DNA of 62,000 nucleotides. It comes from Lama guanicoe. Its lineage: Eukaryota. Shown in pieces: positions 1-12,994 of the stretch. The position numbers and the translations under genes were made by a program. Every line of letters starts with the position of its first letter. The stretch's first letter is position 1. The stretch spans positions 2,975,374-3,037,373 of the forward strand of contig MU054220.1 of the NCBI GenBank assembly GCA_013239625.1. Direction: 5' to 3'. A model generated the notes under the pieces. The model searched no databases. It saw nothing but the letters and a program-made list of their open reading frames with translations, and had not been told where the DNA came from.

Positions 1-900
1 GCCAGGTCACTAGGTGAGGATAGGTGAGGGTCCTACCTGCTTTCCTCTGCCCTCATGATCCAAAGTCCCAGCCCCCGTCCTTATCCTCATTTCAATCTGA
101 GTCAGAGCTGGAAATCACTGGCTCTCCAGGAGGGAGGCTGGACAAGGGCAGGAGGTCTGGCGGGAGGGGAGGAGCTGAGAAGGCAGGGCTGAGAGAGCGG
201 AGGGAGAGGCCAGGGCCTTTCCTCTTTTGTCGGTGTGGGTAGGCCCTGCTTGGATACTTGGAACACATTGACTAGGCCACGGGCGGGACCACGTTACCAT
301 CCTGGTACCTGCCCTGGGAACATCCATCCTTCCCTGTCCAATCAGGAAACAGGTCCCAGTAATCAGGTGTTGGGGATACAGAGAGGAAAGGCAGGGTGCC
401 CCTGGCCCTCAGGAGCCTTCTGGTCTGCTGGGAGATAAGAATTCGAAGAGAGGACTGAAACAGCAGGAAAAGGGCAAGAATGGGCGGGGCATGCCCTCCA
501 GCTTTTAACCTGTGGCTAGGCGCCAGGGGGCTAGACCATCCCATTATCTCCTCCCGAAAACCCCACCCCTTCCTTCTCCAGCTATCCTGCGGGGTCCCAA
601 CTCCGGTGTCTGGGAGCCCAGCTAGCCGTGGCCTCAGTGCTCCTGGGAGGGGTACCCGAAGCAGCAGAGGAGGAGAGAGGGAAGGGACCCAAGGAGAGGG
701 GCGGGGCAAGGGCGACGGGACAGAGGTCCTGAAGATCAAGCCCAGGATGCAGTCACTGCCTTGGGCCTGGCGACTCCACGGTCTTCTTGGGGGTAAGGAG
801 AGGGTGCTTCTGAATCCACCACACAGGCTCACCAGGAATTTGCAGATTCGCTGGCAGTGCGGGGAGGGGCGCGCCCAGTGGGAAGGGCTGGTCTGAATAG
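1..900. promoter_or_regulatory. GC-rich, repeat-free segment with GC boxes and a CCAAT box; possibly the flank of a promoter outside the window
   Basis: Seen: GGGCGGGG at ~482 and ~698, CCAATCAG at ~339, raised GC/CpG. Promoter role is inference; no exon identified. Confidence 0.3.
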
Positions 901-1179
901 GTCACCTGGAGGGTGAAGAGGCCCCCCAGATACCTGTCCGTGTCCCTCAAGTTTTAGAGGTGGCCCAGAGGCAGAAGACGAGTTGACAGACACTTGAGCA
1001 AAGCCAGAGCTGGGAACCCCTGTCTTCCCGGGCTGAGCATTTCCCAGCACATCTGCACTGGTGAATCTGTGAATTGGTGGGCAGAGTCTTCCTGGCTGGG
1101 TCACTAACATAGGACCGTAAATTCTCCGAAGAGTGGGATTTCCCAGATTCTGATGCCGACCCTCAGACATCCGGGACTC

Positions 1180-1400
1180 TCAGTAAGCATTTGTTTCATC
1201 CATTGCTCTGTGCTAGGTGCTGTCACCTGGGGGACTGCGTGCATCCTCACAGTGGTCCTGGGAAGTAGGTGAGGTCAATATTCGCATTCTACAGAGGAGG
1301 AGACAGGCCCAGAGGTGGGGAGTGTCTTGAACAGGGGCTGGCTGAAGGTCAGGTGGAAATGGACTCTGGACAGGAGTCCCAGTGGGTGGGTTCAGAGCCT
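1180..1400 (-). mobile_element. MIR SINE (degenerate)
   Basis: cattctacagaggaggagacaggcccagaggt resembles the MIR core cattttacagatgaggaaactgaggc. Confidence 0.65.
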
Positions 1401-2859
1401 GCCCTGGCTGCCCCTGCTTTCGCCTTCCTAGGGTCTGATCCTCCCACTCCTTCCTCTTCTTGAATGGCTTTCAGGAAGTAATTCCAGGCAGAGGAAGGCC
1501 AAAGAGACAATTTACAGGAGTTGTACTGAAAGGAGCAGGACCCTGTGGGGTCCTCCCTGGTACAAATCCTTTCCGTGTCCCCTGTTTCTTGTTTGTAAGA
1601 AATAAGCTTCAGTGAGCCTCCTTAACCTCTCCTAAGTTCCAAAGGGTGGATTCAAACAGTTGCCAATCTGGCAAGGGAGGAAGGGCAGAGACAGGGACAG
1701 GCAGCCTACAAACAACAGCACAGCCTCGGGGCAGGGTCCGGATTCCTCCCCAAGGAATAGTTGTAACAATATCTTTGAGTTCCTCTGCGGGAACTAAGGG
1801 CCCCACCCAGGTGGGGGACAACTTATGGCTGAGCACAGGATTCCTGAAGCACCACCCTGTTCCCTCACCACCAACCAATCAGAAGAAAGTCACACACCCT
1901 GCAGCCCTCGCCTCAAATTTTGCCTTCAAATACTTTTCCCCCCAAAACCATCCGGGAGTTTGGGTTTTTGAAGCACAAGCCTGCTGTCCTCCTTGCTTGA
2001 CCCTGCAACAAACCTTTCTCTGCTCTAAACTCTGGTGTTTTGGTTTGTTTGGCCTCACTGTGCCTGAGCACACCACCTTCTGTTCAGTAACAGTACTGAG
2101 AGACCGTTCTTGGTGATGTGAAAAGTCTGATAGTCCTGCAAATGCTTGAAACAGAGAGCCAGTTTTCCTCCTTCCCTCCTCCCTCAACATAGATCCAAAG
2201 CCCCTTCGGGCTCCTTGTTGGGGAGGGAAATGCTGATGGGGAGAGGGTGCAGGAGGAAACAGGAGGACTCCTCCCAGGAGACACCCTTCTCCAGCCAGTA
2301 AGAGAAGTCACTTGAAGGAGGGGTGGGGTCCCGGGTGGGGTCCCACCCAACTATGCAAGGGGCCTCTGCTGATGCCGATCCAGAAGGGAGCCAGCCTGAG
2401 TATGAGTTGGGTGACTGGAATTTCTGAAGTCTGCATCTGCGATTGTTGGGTGTGGTTGTACATTCCACCCTTCTGGGGTTGTGGACGTAGCAAGGGAGAT
2501 GAGGCCATGGTTTAGGATACCTTCAACTATGTGGCTTTGGAAAGATGCAACATAAAATGCTAATAAACGTTTATGCACTAGGTTGACAACAATACAAAGC
2601 CTCTCAGTGAACAAAAATTGTCAAAATTGCCCAGTTTCCTAGAGTTGGAGGAGCTAAGTGAGTTGTTAACTGGGAATTGTAAACCTGCCATATGGTAATG
2701 TTGCTCCAGTTGTTAAATCGAAATTCCTGCCTTCTATATGTGTGCACTGTTGTTTGCATGCATCTGAATGTCTAATTTCTGCTGGGGATTCTGGAGATGA
2801 TGGTGCCGCTTTCTCAGCATTCACAGTTATTATAACTTTAGATCTTTTATCTGTGTCCG

Positions 2860-3225
2860 TAACAATGTCATCCTAGTGTTCTTTAAATGGCGACACTGAA
2901 AAATGCACCTGAAAATCAGCAACATTGGAAAGGAAGTGAGATGTGATAAAGCGTTATGAAGAAGGCCAAGCCGCCGGCAGGAAACGCTGCACTGTTAATT
3001 TAGCAGATAGCATGCCGTGAAATATTAGAGATAATGCCGGGAAAATAAAAAGTGGCATTAAAGCAAAACTGTGCCACTATGGGGGTAGAGTTATGCAATA
3101 CATCCTTTCCACTTTGAATTCATTTCTATGGCAAAATTAGTCCGGAATTATGCACGTTTTGAAATATGCAAGGTCTTCAGGAACACACGCTTTCAATAAG
3201 ATGCAACTGCCCTGTGCTTATCAGT
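2860..3225. promoter_or_regulatory. Candidate conserved non-coding element / enhancer
   Basis: Non-repetitive AT-rich block with retained CpGs and TTATGCAAT, ATTATGCA, ATATGCAA, TTAATTT and GATAA motifs. Function is inferred from composition only. Confidence 0.35.
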
Positions 3226-3589
3226 GGGGGAGGTGGGGGGGGAGGTTCGATTATTCTAGGGTTTTTTTAAGGCCAGGCAACTTTACTATTCTGTCCCGGC
3301 TTGGGCCTCAGTGACTTCATCTGTAAAACTGACCAGTTGGACTGTCTTCTCTCGCTCTCTCTATGAGACTTTGCAGAGACAGGTACCATCGTTTTCTGCC
3401 CTGTGTATTTTCCGGGATGGAGTCCACAGCATAATCTTAACACATCTTTACTATCTTTGAGGTTGGCCTTTCAAATACTAGATATCGTAGAGGGTCCCTA
3501 AGTCATCTGAATCCAAAAGGGATGAACCCTGGAGACACGATCCCTTTACCTCCACCCCCACAGTCCCACAGAGATGTGTCCTGGTGACA

Positions 3590-3780
3590 GGTGACGGGAG
3601 ACTGAAAAGGCGCACTGGTGAGCGGGAGAAAGCCGGTGCGATGGGGACTTGGCACCACCAGAGGGCAGCACTAGCACACAGCTGAGGCGGCCTCTCCCAC
3701 TGCCTGGCCAGGAGGGAACGCTTCATTGCAGCGTCCCTGGCGCCACCTACCGTTCCGGGTGCGAGTGATAGCGGGGGGAT
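3590..3780. promoter_or_regulatory. CpG-rich patch with CTCF-like motifs
   Basis: CCACCAGAGGGCAG at 3655-3668 (+) closely matches the CTCF core; a weaker GGTAGGTGGCGC lies on the minus strand at ~3740-3751. Confidence 0.5.
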
Positions 3781-4559
3781 CAGGACATCCTGGGACCCAG
3801 GTCTTACGAAGTTTACATTCTCTCAGAGGAGTCAAGATAAACATATAAGGACATTCATAAGCGAGGCCGTTTCAAGTACCGGTAAGTAGCAATAACGTGA
3901 TGCAAATAAAATAGTGATGGGGTGCACCAGCCGAGGCCTGTCTGGGGAAGTGACAGCATGAGCCCGAATGGGGAGGAAGAACAGAAAGCCGAAGATCTCG
4001 ATGCACATGGATACAGGAAAGGGCCTGTCTAGGGACCTCCAGGGGGGTTGGGGAAGCGCGGGTGAGGAAGAGCAGCTTCCTCACAGATGAGAACACTGAG
4101 GGACCGAGAAGCCAAGGCAGTTACTCAGGGTCACAGTAAGTAAGGGACAGTGTCTGACAAAACCTCAGGAGAACTTACCTTCCATTTTCCTAACTTTCCC
4201 TCAACCCTTACACTGCATCCAGAACAGTGAGGATGATGCCCCCTCCTCCATCCCCATTCCTGAACATAATCCTGGTAGGGAGACAGGACAGGGGTCTTTG
4301 GCTATGAGCTCGGACAAGTCCCCTCCCTCTGTGGGCTCAGCTTTCTCAGTTATAAAATGCAGGATGGGTCCCCATCACCTTTAAGCTCCGGATTCAAAGT
4401 GTCAGAGCACGAGGACTTCTGAATTCCAGCTCTTGCGGGCCCTCTTGTGGGCATCTTTGGAATCACATGCCCAGCTGGAAAGAACTGTGGGAAACGGTCT
4501 GCGCCAACTTGGGAGAGGTTGGTGGAAGCTAAGGTGTCACCGCTGAGTCCTTTATTTGC

Positions 4560-4802
4560 ATATGCGTGCACACACGCATCCGTGTGCATGTGTGTGCGGG
4601 TATGTGTGTATGTACCTGTGTGCACGTCTGTGTGTGCTGGTTTGTGGGTGCAACTGTGTGTGCCCGAGTGTCTGTGTGTGTGCCAGCTTGTGCTTGTTTA
4701 TAAGTGCACGCACGCATGTGTGCATCCGTGTTTGTCCGTGCTTGCATCTGTGTTCTTTTGTGTGTGTCTGTATGTGCGTGCACATGTCCATGTGGACGTG
4801 TA
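4560..4802. repeat. Degenerate (TG)n / alternating purine-pyrimidine tract
   Basis: Directly visible tgtgtg/tgca/cgtg tract; it explains the C/V/H/T-rich ORFs at 4350-4999. Confidence 0.9.
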
Positions 4803-5229
4803 TTTTAGCAACTGAGACGCTTCTGTCTCTCTCACAAAGTGCCCAACTACTTTCCCTGCAGCAACTTCCTCTCCCCGTGTTCTGTCTGCACCACCCTCTC
4901 CGAGTTCCCCCACTCTGGGATCTCACTCTCCTCGCTCACTTCTCCCCTGCACTATTTCAACAACAGTCTTTGTCTGTTTTTTCTCTTTTGTTTCTCTGAG
5001 ACTTCACTAGGGTCTCATTTGAATGTACCAGATCATGGCTCAAGAAATGATTCTTCTTTACCCACTCAAACCACTAGATTTATAGCCCTTGAGTGGGGCT
5101 GATCACCCACTGCCCTGATGTGGGGTAGCAGAGACCTGGGGACGTGTACACAGCGATGCTCGGGAGGGCTGAGCAGAACCAGGCACACGGCAGCTAAGCC
5201 ACAATGGCAGGTCAATGAAATGCTCCAAA

Positions 5230-5350
5230 CTTCCCATGCACATGTGCCATCTCATTTGACTTACATGATGATCCTTCAAGCTTAGGCAAAGTGGGACTTA
5301 CTTATCTCCATTTTACAGATGAGGACGGTGAGTGAAGCCCAGACAGGGAG
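5230..5350 (-). mobile_element. MIR SINE
   Basis: ctccattttacagatgaggacggtgag at ~5306; a second MIR fragment lies at ~5400-5530. Confidence 0.7.
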
Positions 5351-5769
5351 ATAATAAAATTGGTCCTGCAGGAACTGTTGAAGCGATATGCAAACTCTCT
5401 GATCCGGTTTTTATAACATCTTAAGAGGCAGTTTTTATCGGTTCCCTTCTTCAACAGACAAGGAAATTGAGGCTTTAAAGACATTAGGGAGTTGAGTGTC
5501 TGATACTGCCCAGCCCATCAATAGCAGAGGCCCGAGGTCAAAGCCAACCACTCCCGGGCCAGGGCAGGTGTGAGGGCTCCCTGGCGGTCACTGGCTCAAG
5601 CTCTTTCAGCTGCACCGGGTCCCCTGGCCGAGCCTCCAGTATTCATTTCCTGGGACCCGTCACCTTAGCACTCGAGGAGAGGGCCACCCCCATTTTGGGT
5701 CCCCTGTTCCTCTTCCAGAAGGGGTGGGTGTCATGTTACCTGAGCCGCTTTTAGAAGCTGCTGAATTGG

Positions 5770-5920
5770 GGGCTGAGCTTTAATTATGCAATAACCTCGC
5801 TGCGGTGTGCCTAATTGCCTGATAACCATAATTGAATCTTATGGATTACACCAACATTATTGCAGGGAGCCATTTAAGGCGGTTAACGGGAAGCCGCACT
5901 GGCACTGTGATATTTGCTTC
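5770..5920. promoter_or_regulatory. Candidate homeodomain-site-rich enhancer
   Basis: TTAATTATGCAAT, CTAATTG, ATAATTG, GGATTA and GTTAAC clustered in ~150 bp of unique sequence. Confidence 0.35.
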
Positions 5921-6139
5921 CTGTCTCCCAACTGGCCCGACTGTGAGCTCTTTCCCGGGGGCTGGGGGAGGCTGAGGGTGGAAGGGCGGTCAGGGGGTGA
6001 GAAATAGCACAAAAATCACACCCCTTTATTCCTATCTTGGCCATCTTCTTTGCCAAAAAAGTCTGCAGGGCGAGTGGAATTATTTTATAAGTCAGTGTGG
6101 CCTCGGAAGGTTGAGAGACTCTCCTAATTTCATTTTTGA

Positions 6140-6287
6140 TCATTGCTGCAGATCCTTATCAGTATCACCTGGGACCTTTTAGCAAGGCTGGACCTCGGGC
6201 CCCACCCTGGACCTACGGATGCAGCCCTTGCTTTAATAAGATCCTCTGGTGATTCACTTGCATATTGTAGTTTGGGAAGCACTGGGC
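6140..6287. mobile_element. MER5-like hAT-Charlie MITE
   Basis: tcacctgggac...gggccccaccctggacctac...ggtgattcacttgcatattgtagtttgggaagcactg matches the recalled MER5A/B pattern. Confidence 0.7.
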
Positions 6288-6299
6288 CCTGGTTTTAGA

Positions 6300-7190
6300 T
6301 GATTATTTTTTCCTACATATGATCTGATTCCCCCCAACCCCTCATCGTGGAAACAGCACTTTGATTTTCTTTGGGGAAACAGCCCTTCCCCCTCTTCCCC
6401 CAGCCTATGAAGTTTGGGTGGGACTCATAGCCCGCCCCTCCTTTCAGCCCCTCAAGTCACAGTGATTTCTTCAGGGTAGGGCATGACCCCAAGCCAGGTG
6501 GGTGAGTCCATTCCAACCTCTTTGAGGCACTATTGGGATAGATGTGTTTGATCAAATTATTTAGTGATAGTCTGCCTTCCCTTCCCAGCCTCACCACGGC
6601 TGGCTGTGGGTGAGTGTTCTTCCCCCTCCCGGCAGTGGTGGCCTTGAACCTCTGACTTGTTCAGGTCAATGGAATGTGGGTGGAAGTCACAGTGTGTCAG
6701 TTTCTAGCTAGGCCTTAAGAAGCCATCTCATGTTTCCACTGACCCCTGTTGAGCTCCTGGCCTCTGCCATGAGAAGGCATGCCCCAGAAGGCCATGGCCT
6801 TCATCTGGAGTCCAGGGTGGAGAATGTGGAGCAAATGGAACCCAACCTGAAGACCTGAGTCCAGCCTAACTCAGCCAAAGTTAGCCAACCCGGCCAATGC
6901 CTTGACTAATCTATAGGTAGACCTGTGAGTATGAAATGAATGATTGCTACTGTAAGCAACTGATTTCTGGGGTTGCTTATTACACAGCATCATTGCAATA
7001 GACACTTGATGATAGAAAAAAGATGCTTTCTTCCCATAGAGGTTGCTAAACTGAATTTGGACTAGGAGAGCAGAGCCTGACTAAGGGTGAAACCAACACA
7101 GCGGGAAACAGAGCTAAGCAAAAATGAGAACCCTAATCTTGTTGATGACTTTGTTTCCATGGATCTGACCTTACTTGAGTTAGTCGGGAC
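6300..7190 (+). mobile_element. Nested MaLR LTRs (MLT1H/J-like at ~6543-7013 inside MLT1K-like)
   Basis: ggtcaatggaatgtgggtggaagt, gccatgagaaggcatgcccca and gttgcttattacacagca are MLT1 motifs; ataga flanks the inner element on both sides. Confidence 0.7.
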
Positions 7191-7439
7191 TGTTTATTCC
7201 ACCATTTAAACCAGAAAGGGAATTAATGGCTCATATAAACCAAAAGTCCAGAGGTGATTCGGGTTTCAGGTGAGGCTTGATCCTGCAGCCCCCACTGAAG
7301 GATCAGCATCTTTGTCCCTCCATTCTGCTTCCTGTTGGGTTCTTCTCAGCTAGAGACTGGTTCCTCTTGTTACATGGCAAGATGGCTTCCTCATTCAGGT
7401 CAAATAAGGAGTAAGTTTCTACTGAAAGTATGGAAGCTT

Positions 7440-7835
7440 CTTTCCTAGGAGTTGGTCAGCTTTGGGGTCTGGAAGTCTAAAAGCAAGATGCTGGCAAGGT
7501 TGGTTTCTTTCAGGGCTTCTGAGGGAGAATCTGCTTCATGCTTCTTTCCTGGTGTTCTGGTGGTGGCCAGAAAGACTGTGCTCCTTGGCTTGTAGACACA
7601 TCATTCCAGTCTCTGCCTCTGTCATCACATGGTGTTCTCCTTGTGTGTTTGTGTGTGTCTTCATATGGCCTTCTTACAAAGACACCCATCTGTCACTGTA
7701 TTTAGGGCCCACCCTAGTCCAATATGACCTCATGTTAACTAATTACATCTGCAGATAAACTATTTCCAAACAAAGTCACATTCTGAAATTCCAGATGGAC
7801 ATGAATTTGGGGGGAACGCTACTCAACCCAATAGA
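7440..7835 (-). mobile_element. MaLR LTR (MLT1A/B/C-like)
   Basis: tttagggcccaccctagtccaatatgacctcatgttaactaattacatctgca...tttccaaacaaagtcacattctga. Confidence 0.8.
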
Positions 7836-7909
7836 GAAGACAATCAGCAAATGCTCACTGGATTATAATTCTTCTATACAAAACTAGGACTGTAATATCC
7901 TTTCGGTTT

Positions 7910-8900
7910 AACATTTTTTAAGTTGGAAATAATTTTAGATTTGGAGAAAACTTGCAAAAATAGTACAGAGTACCCTTAATATCCTTCACTTAGCTTTCCC
8001 TAATATCAATGTCTTGCATAACCGTACACAATGACCAAAACTAAGAAATTAACATTGGTACATACTGTTAACTAATCTACACTCTTTATGTGGATTTCAC
8101 TGATTTTTCTATTAATAACCTTTCTCTGTTCTGGGATCCAATCAGGATTCGCACCACATTTAGCTGTCAGGTCCCCTTGCTCCCCTCCGGTCTGGGACAG
8201 AGCCTCTCAGCCTTTCTTTGTCTCTCTTGAACTTAACCCTTCTGAAGAATACTGGTCACTTATTTTCTAGAATATTACCATTTGATTTTGCCTGCTATTT
8301 TTTCATGATGAGATTGAGACTGTGCATTTTAGGCACGAATGCCCCCAAAGTAAGGTATTTCTCCCAGAGGGTATACAACAGCCATTTGTCATATTATAGG
8401 TGACGTTAACCTTCATCACTTGGTTTAGGTGGCATCTGTTGGATTTCTCCCCTGCAAACCTACTGGCTTTCTCTTTGTAATTAACACATATCTTCAGGGT
8501 AGAGGAGATACCTTGAGACTATTCAGTTTATTAGTTGGAATTCTGTCATGAAAAAACTATCCTTTCTCCCCCATCCATGCTGTTTTTACAACTTTCTTCC
8601 CTCCACATAATACTAACTCTTGGATACCCACATTTGCCCAGTATTCCATGTGTGATATATCATGATTATTACTTAATCATTTCTCAATTGCTAATCATTA
8701 TGTGCTCAGTTTCCCCCAATTACAAGCGGCACTGCAATGAATGTACGTGTATTTATTGTGACCCCCTAGTGGGAGTATTTTTGAAGGCTCTCATCCTAAA
8801 ATAGAAAGTCTGAGCTCTGGAGTATGAGCATTTTTAGTTTGCCAAAATTGCCCCTCAGTGAGATTGAACCAGGTAACAGTCCCATCCACAGTGTATGAAC
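7910..8900 (-). mobile_element. Old L1 3' region fragments (L1MC/ME-like)
   Basis: aataattttagatttggagaaaacttgcaaaaatagtacagag and accaaaactaagaaattaacattggtac are L1M 3'UTR motifs. Confidence 0.7.
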
Positions 8901-9089
8901 ATCATTCATTCATTCAAGTGGCTTGCCATTGGTCGCACTGTGCAGAAGGCAAACTGTGGGGAAATGGCGTCCCTCTGCAGCCCTCCAGAGTCCTTATAAT
9001 CTTAGCACTCTCTTCTGATCTCTTCATTTTTCTTCCTGTCCCATCTTCTTTATCATCAATAAATTCCATGAGCACAATGTTTCAGAACA

Positions 9090-10179
9090 GTGTTTTTTTT
9101 TTGAGATATAATTCATGTAAAATTCACTCTTGTAAAGCATACAATTTAGTGGCTTTTAGTGTATGTATAAGGTTGGGTCACCACCACCATAATTTAATTC
9201 CAGAACTTTTTCACCACCTCCCAGAAAGAAACCCCATCCCCACTAGTAGTCACTCTCCATGACCCCCTGCCTCTGGCCCATGGCAAACACGAATCTATTT
9301 TCTGCCTCTATGATTTTGCCCATTCTAGACATGGCACGTAAATGGAATCCTCCAATATGTGGCTTTTAGTGACTGGCTCCTTTCATTCAGCAGAATATTT
9401 TCAAGGTTCATCCATACTGTAGCCTGAATCTGTATTCCATTCCTTTTTATGGCTGAATAATATTCCATGATGTGACTGTATCACATTTTATCCATTCACT
9501 TGTTGATGGACATTTTTTTCATTTACACATTTTGGGTATTATGAATAATGCTGCTAGGGACATTCATGAACCAGCTTTTGCAAGGATGTATGTTTTAATT
9601 TCTCTAGGGATAAAAGCGCTGGGTCATAAAATAGGTTTGTGTTGAACTTTTTGAGGAACTGCCAAAGTGTTTTTGAAAATGTCTTCACCATTTTACATTC
9701 CCACCAGCAATGTCTGAGGGCTCCGATTTCTCCACATCCTTGTCAACACTTCTTATAGGTTGTCTTTTTGGCAATAGCTATCCTAGTGGGTGTGAAGTGG
9801 CATCTCATTGTGGTTTTGATTGGCATTTCCCTGATAACTAATGAGGTTAGGCATTTTTTGCTGGCCATTTGAATATCTGAAATGTCTCTTTGAGCCTTTT
9901 ACCCATTTTAAAATTGGATCATCTTTTTATTGTTGAGTTGTGAAGTTATTTAAATATTTTGGAAACTAGACCTTCGTCAGATATACGGTTTGCAATTATT
10001 TTCTCCTGTGCTGAGGGCTGTCTTTTCACTTTCTTAATAATGCCCTTTGAAGCATAAAAGTTTTACATTTTGATTAAGTCTGATTTATTTATTTACTTAC
10101 CTTTTGTTGCTTGTGTTTTTGGTGTCACGCCTAAGAAACTATTGCCTAATCCAAGGTCATGAAGATTTACAACTCTGTG
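9090..10179 (-). mobile_element. L1M (L1MB-like) 3' fragment
   Basis: T-run start, ggctgaataatattccat, acattcccaccagcaatg and gtgaagtggcatctcattgtggttttgatt (ORF2 3' end / 3'UTR). Confidence 0.85.
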
Positions 10180-10196
10180 TATAGCAGCATATTTTT

Positions 10197-10990
10197 TAAA
10201 CATTTTTTATTGACTTATAATCATTTTATAATGTTGTGTCAAATTCCAGTGTAGAGCACAATTTTTCAGTTATACATGAACATACATACATACATACATA
10301 TATTCATTGTCACATTTTTTTCTCTGTGAGCTACCATAAGAGTTTGTGTATATTTCCCTGTGCTATACAGTATCATCTTGTTTATCTATTCTACAATTTT
10401 GAAATCCCAGTCTATCTCTTCTTTCTCTTCTCTCTGTTATTATACCACAAGTTTGTATTCTATGTCTGTGAGTCTACTTCTGTTTTGTATTTACACTTTG
10501 TTTTTTTGTTTTTGTTTTTGTTTTTTAGATTCCACATATGAGCGATCTCATATGGTATTTTTCTTTCTCTTTCTGGCTTACTTCACTTAGAACGACCTTC
10601 TCCAGGAGCATCCATGTTGCTGCAAGTGGCGTTATGTTGTCGGTTTTTATGGCTGAGTAGTATTCCATTGTATAAATATACCACATCTTTAACCAGTCAT
10701 CTGTTGATGGACACTTAGGCTGTTCCATGTCTTGGCTATTGTAAATAGTGCTGCTATGAACATTAGGGTGCAGGTGTCATGCTGAAGTAGGGTTCCTTCT
10801 GGATATAAGCCCAGGAGTGGGATTCCTGGGTCATACAGTAAGTCTATTCCTAGTCTTTTGAGGAATCTCCATACTGTTTTCCATAGTGGCTGCACCAAAC
10901 TGCATTCCCACCAGCAGTGTAGGAGGGTTCCCCTTTCTCCACAGCCTCTCCAGCATTTGTCATTTGTGGATTTTTGAATGATGGCCATTC
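10197..10990 (-). mobile_element. Young 5'-truncated L1 with 17-bp TSD
   Basis: ORFs 10689-10988 and 10525-10728 encode the L1 ORF2p C-terminus ([32 protein letters not shown]). TSD tatagcagcatattttt at 10180-10196 and 10991-11007. TT/AAAAA endonuclease site on the minus strand. Confidence 0.95.
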
Positions 10991-11007
10991 TATAGCAGCA
11001 TATTTTT

Positions 11008-11245
11008 AATAAAACTTTGACTGCTACTCATGGGAAGAAAACATTATGAATTTGAGCCAGCATTCCCATACGTGAAAATATTCCCATACATGTATATATA
11101 TTTTTTCGTGTTTCATAAAAAGTTTTATGGAACAATGTTTTTCCTGTTTTCTATTTCATTCTCTTTCATTCAAAATAATGTTAGTCAGGACCCACTCAGT
11201 TAATCCTGTGGCCCATTTATCGGCTAGGACCTGCAGTTTGAAAAA
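11008..11245. mobile_element. hAT-Charlie-like MITE fragment
   Basis: gacccactcagttaatcc...gacctgcagtttgaaaa terminal motif; family not determined. Confidence 0.45.
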
Positions 11246-11592
11246 TTAAAAAAATACTGCTTAGGAGTTTACCAAGTGTTTTTGGGTACTTGACCTCATT
11301 ATCACCTCAAGGCAAATGTGTGAAGCAGCCAACATTGTGTCTCTTTTAAAGATGAGAGACTGAGGCTTAGAGGGATTGTGAAAAATGCAGATTTGCAACT
11401 GTAACAGCAGAGATTCTGAATGTATCTTTAAGAAGCATCTCCTGGATCAGAAGACAGTGAGGGGAGCTGTGAATTTGTGGAAGGGGCTCTGAACTAGGAA
11501 TCAGGGGACCTGGCTCGCCACTTGCTGGCTCTGGGTTGGGCTTCCATGGCTGTTCCCTGTGACTGAGCACTTCTGGCGCTGCCCGGAAAGAT

Positions 11593-11670
11593 GGCAGGGG
11601 ACGAGAGGGGCTGCCCGGGGAGGTGGCAGGGGACAAGAAGGGTTGTCTGGGGAGGTGGCAGGGGATGAGA
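11593..11670. repeat. G-rich 32-bp tandem repeat, ~2.4 copies
   Basis: ggcaggggacgagaggggctgcccggggaggt / ggcaggggacaagaagggttgtctggggaggt / ggcaggggatgaga. Confidence 0.85.
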
Positions 11671-11764
11671 ATGCAGCCAGCCCTGGAGCTTGCAGGGGCT
11701 TGCACTCCAGGGAGCACACTTCTGAAGGGATGGGATTGGATTTGTAGAGGTTGTGGACTGTGGT

Positions 11765-12077
11765 CAGTGGCTAGAATCAAGAAGTGATGTTTTATTTGCC
11801 TGCACAGTGTTTGTTCATTCTTTTCCAACGTTGAGCCAACATATACAAATAGGGAAATTTCTTCTTGTAATTTGATTTCCAGCATTTCTTGAAAAGTTAG
11901 AAGATCTGGTGAGCCTGGGCTTGTGTTGCTGCATGACCGAGTTGGGCTGGGGTTGAGCTGGGCTGGCCCTGCTCAGTTCACCACAGTCCCCGCCTCCAAC
12001 TCCCTATTGTGTTCCGCCTCCACCAGCCCACTTAGATGCTGCCTCGCCCCTGTGGGCATGGGAGAGTTTGCCCCTGA
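11765..12077. mobile_element. MER102-like hAT-Charlie MITE
   Basis: tttcttgaaaagttagaagatctgg...cagttcaccacagtcccc...actccctattgt matches the recalled MER102 consensus. Confidence 0.7.
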
Positions 12078-12994
12078 CTCTGTCCTCTTCTCTGTGCTCT
12101 TTCTTTGTCCCCTTTCCCTTGTCTGTGTGCTTTTCTCAGAGAGATGATGTGGTGATATGGGAAACCCACAGGCTCTGGAGTTAGGCAGCCCTGGTTCCAA
12201 TGCCAGCTCCCTCATTTCCTTACTCATGGACCCTGGGCACGTTAAATTACCTCTCTGTTAAGTCACCTCAGTTTTCACATCTGTGAAATAGAAGGAACAT
12301 TTCTCACCTACTGCTGCTGTTTCCTTCCATGTAGCGGGAGCATCATTAGAGTAACATTCTTGGCTTCCCCATCCACCAGCCCAGCCTTCCCCAGGGAGAA
12401 GGGGTGGCGTATAACTGGTGAATTTAGGACAAAATGTGCAGCCCCTTCTTTTTGAGGGTCTGTCCACCTACAGAGAGATGAATCTTCTCCATGCTCTTCT
12501 GCACCCCAAGTTTTACAGGGACTAGCTCTGTCTAGGCCGGGAGAAGCTGGGTGGTGGGGTGTCTAGCAGTCTAGGACTGAGTGGGTTTATCTAATCCTGG
12601 GATTCAGAATTCAGAAACCACAGACCTAAGGCATACTGTCCCAGATCAGCTTTCCCAGTATTAAAGAGGCCATTTGAAATTCGTATGCCTGTGTCAGTCT
12701 CTCTGGTGGTTCTGAACAGGGGCTGGGAAGTGGGGTTTTCTTTACTGGGTACCCACGGGCCCCCTCATATAGTGGTTCCTTTGGTGATTATTGTGAGAGG
12801 CCGTGCCTGTCACACAGTAGGTGCTCAATAAATGGCAATTGTTGTTTTTAAAAGTATTACTCCTCCTGCTTAGTCCCACATTCAAGAGGAAAGCAGGGCC
12901 AGTGCCTGAGGGTGGGTTCAAAGCAGCCGAGAGATAAGGAGGCTCGGAGAGCAGCCTTGATAATACTTCACTTGAAAATTGCCTTCCAGGTCCT

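Noticed and set aside
272..896. GC-rich ORFs of 138-186 aa
   Set aside because: No recognisable protein or exon structure; expected by chance at this GC content.
4350..4999. Cys/Val- and His/Thr-rich ORFs
   Set aside because: They are products of the degenerate (TG)n tract.
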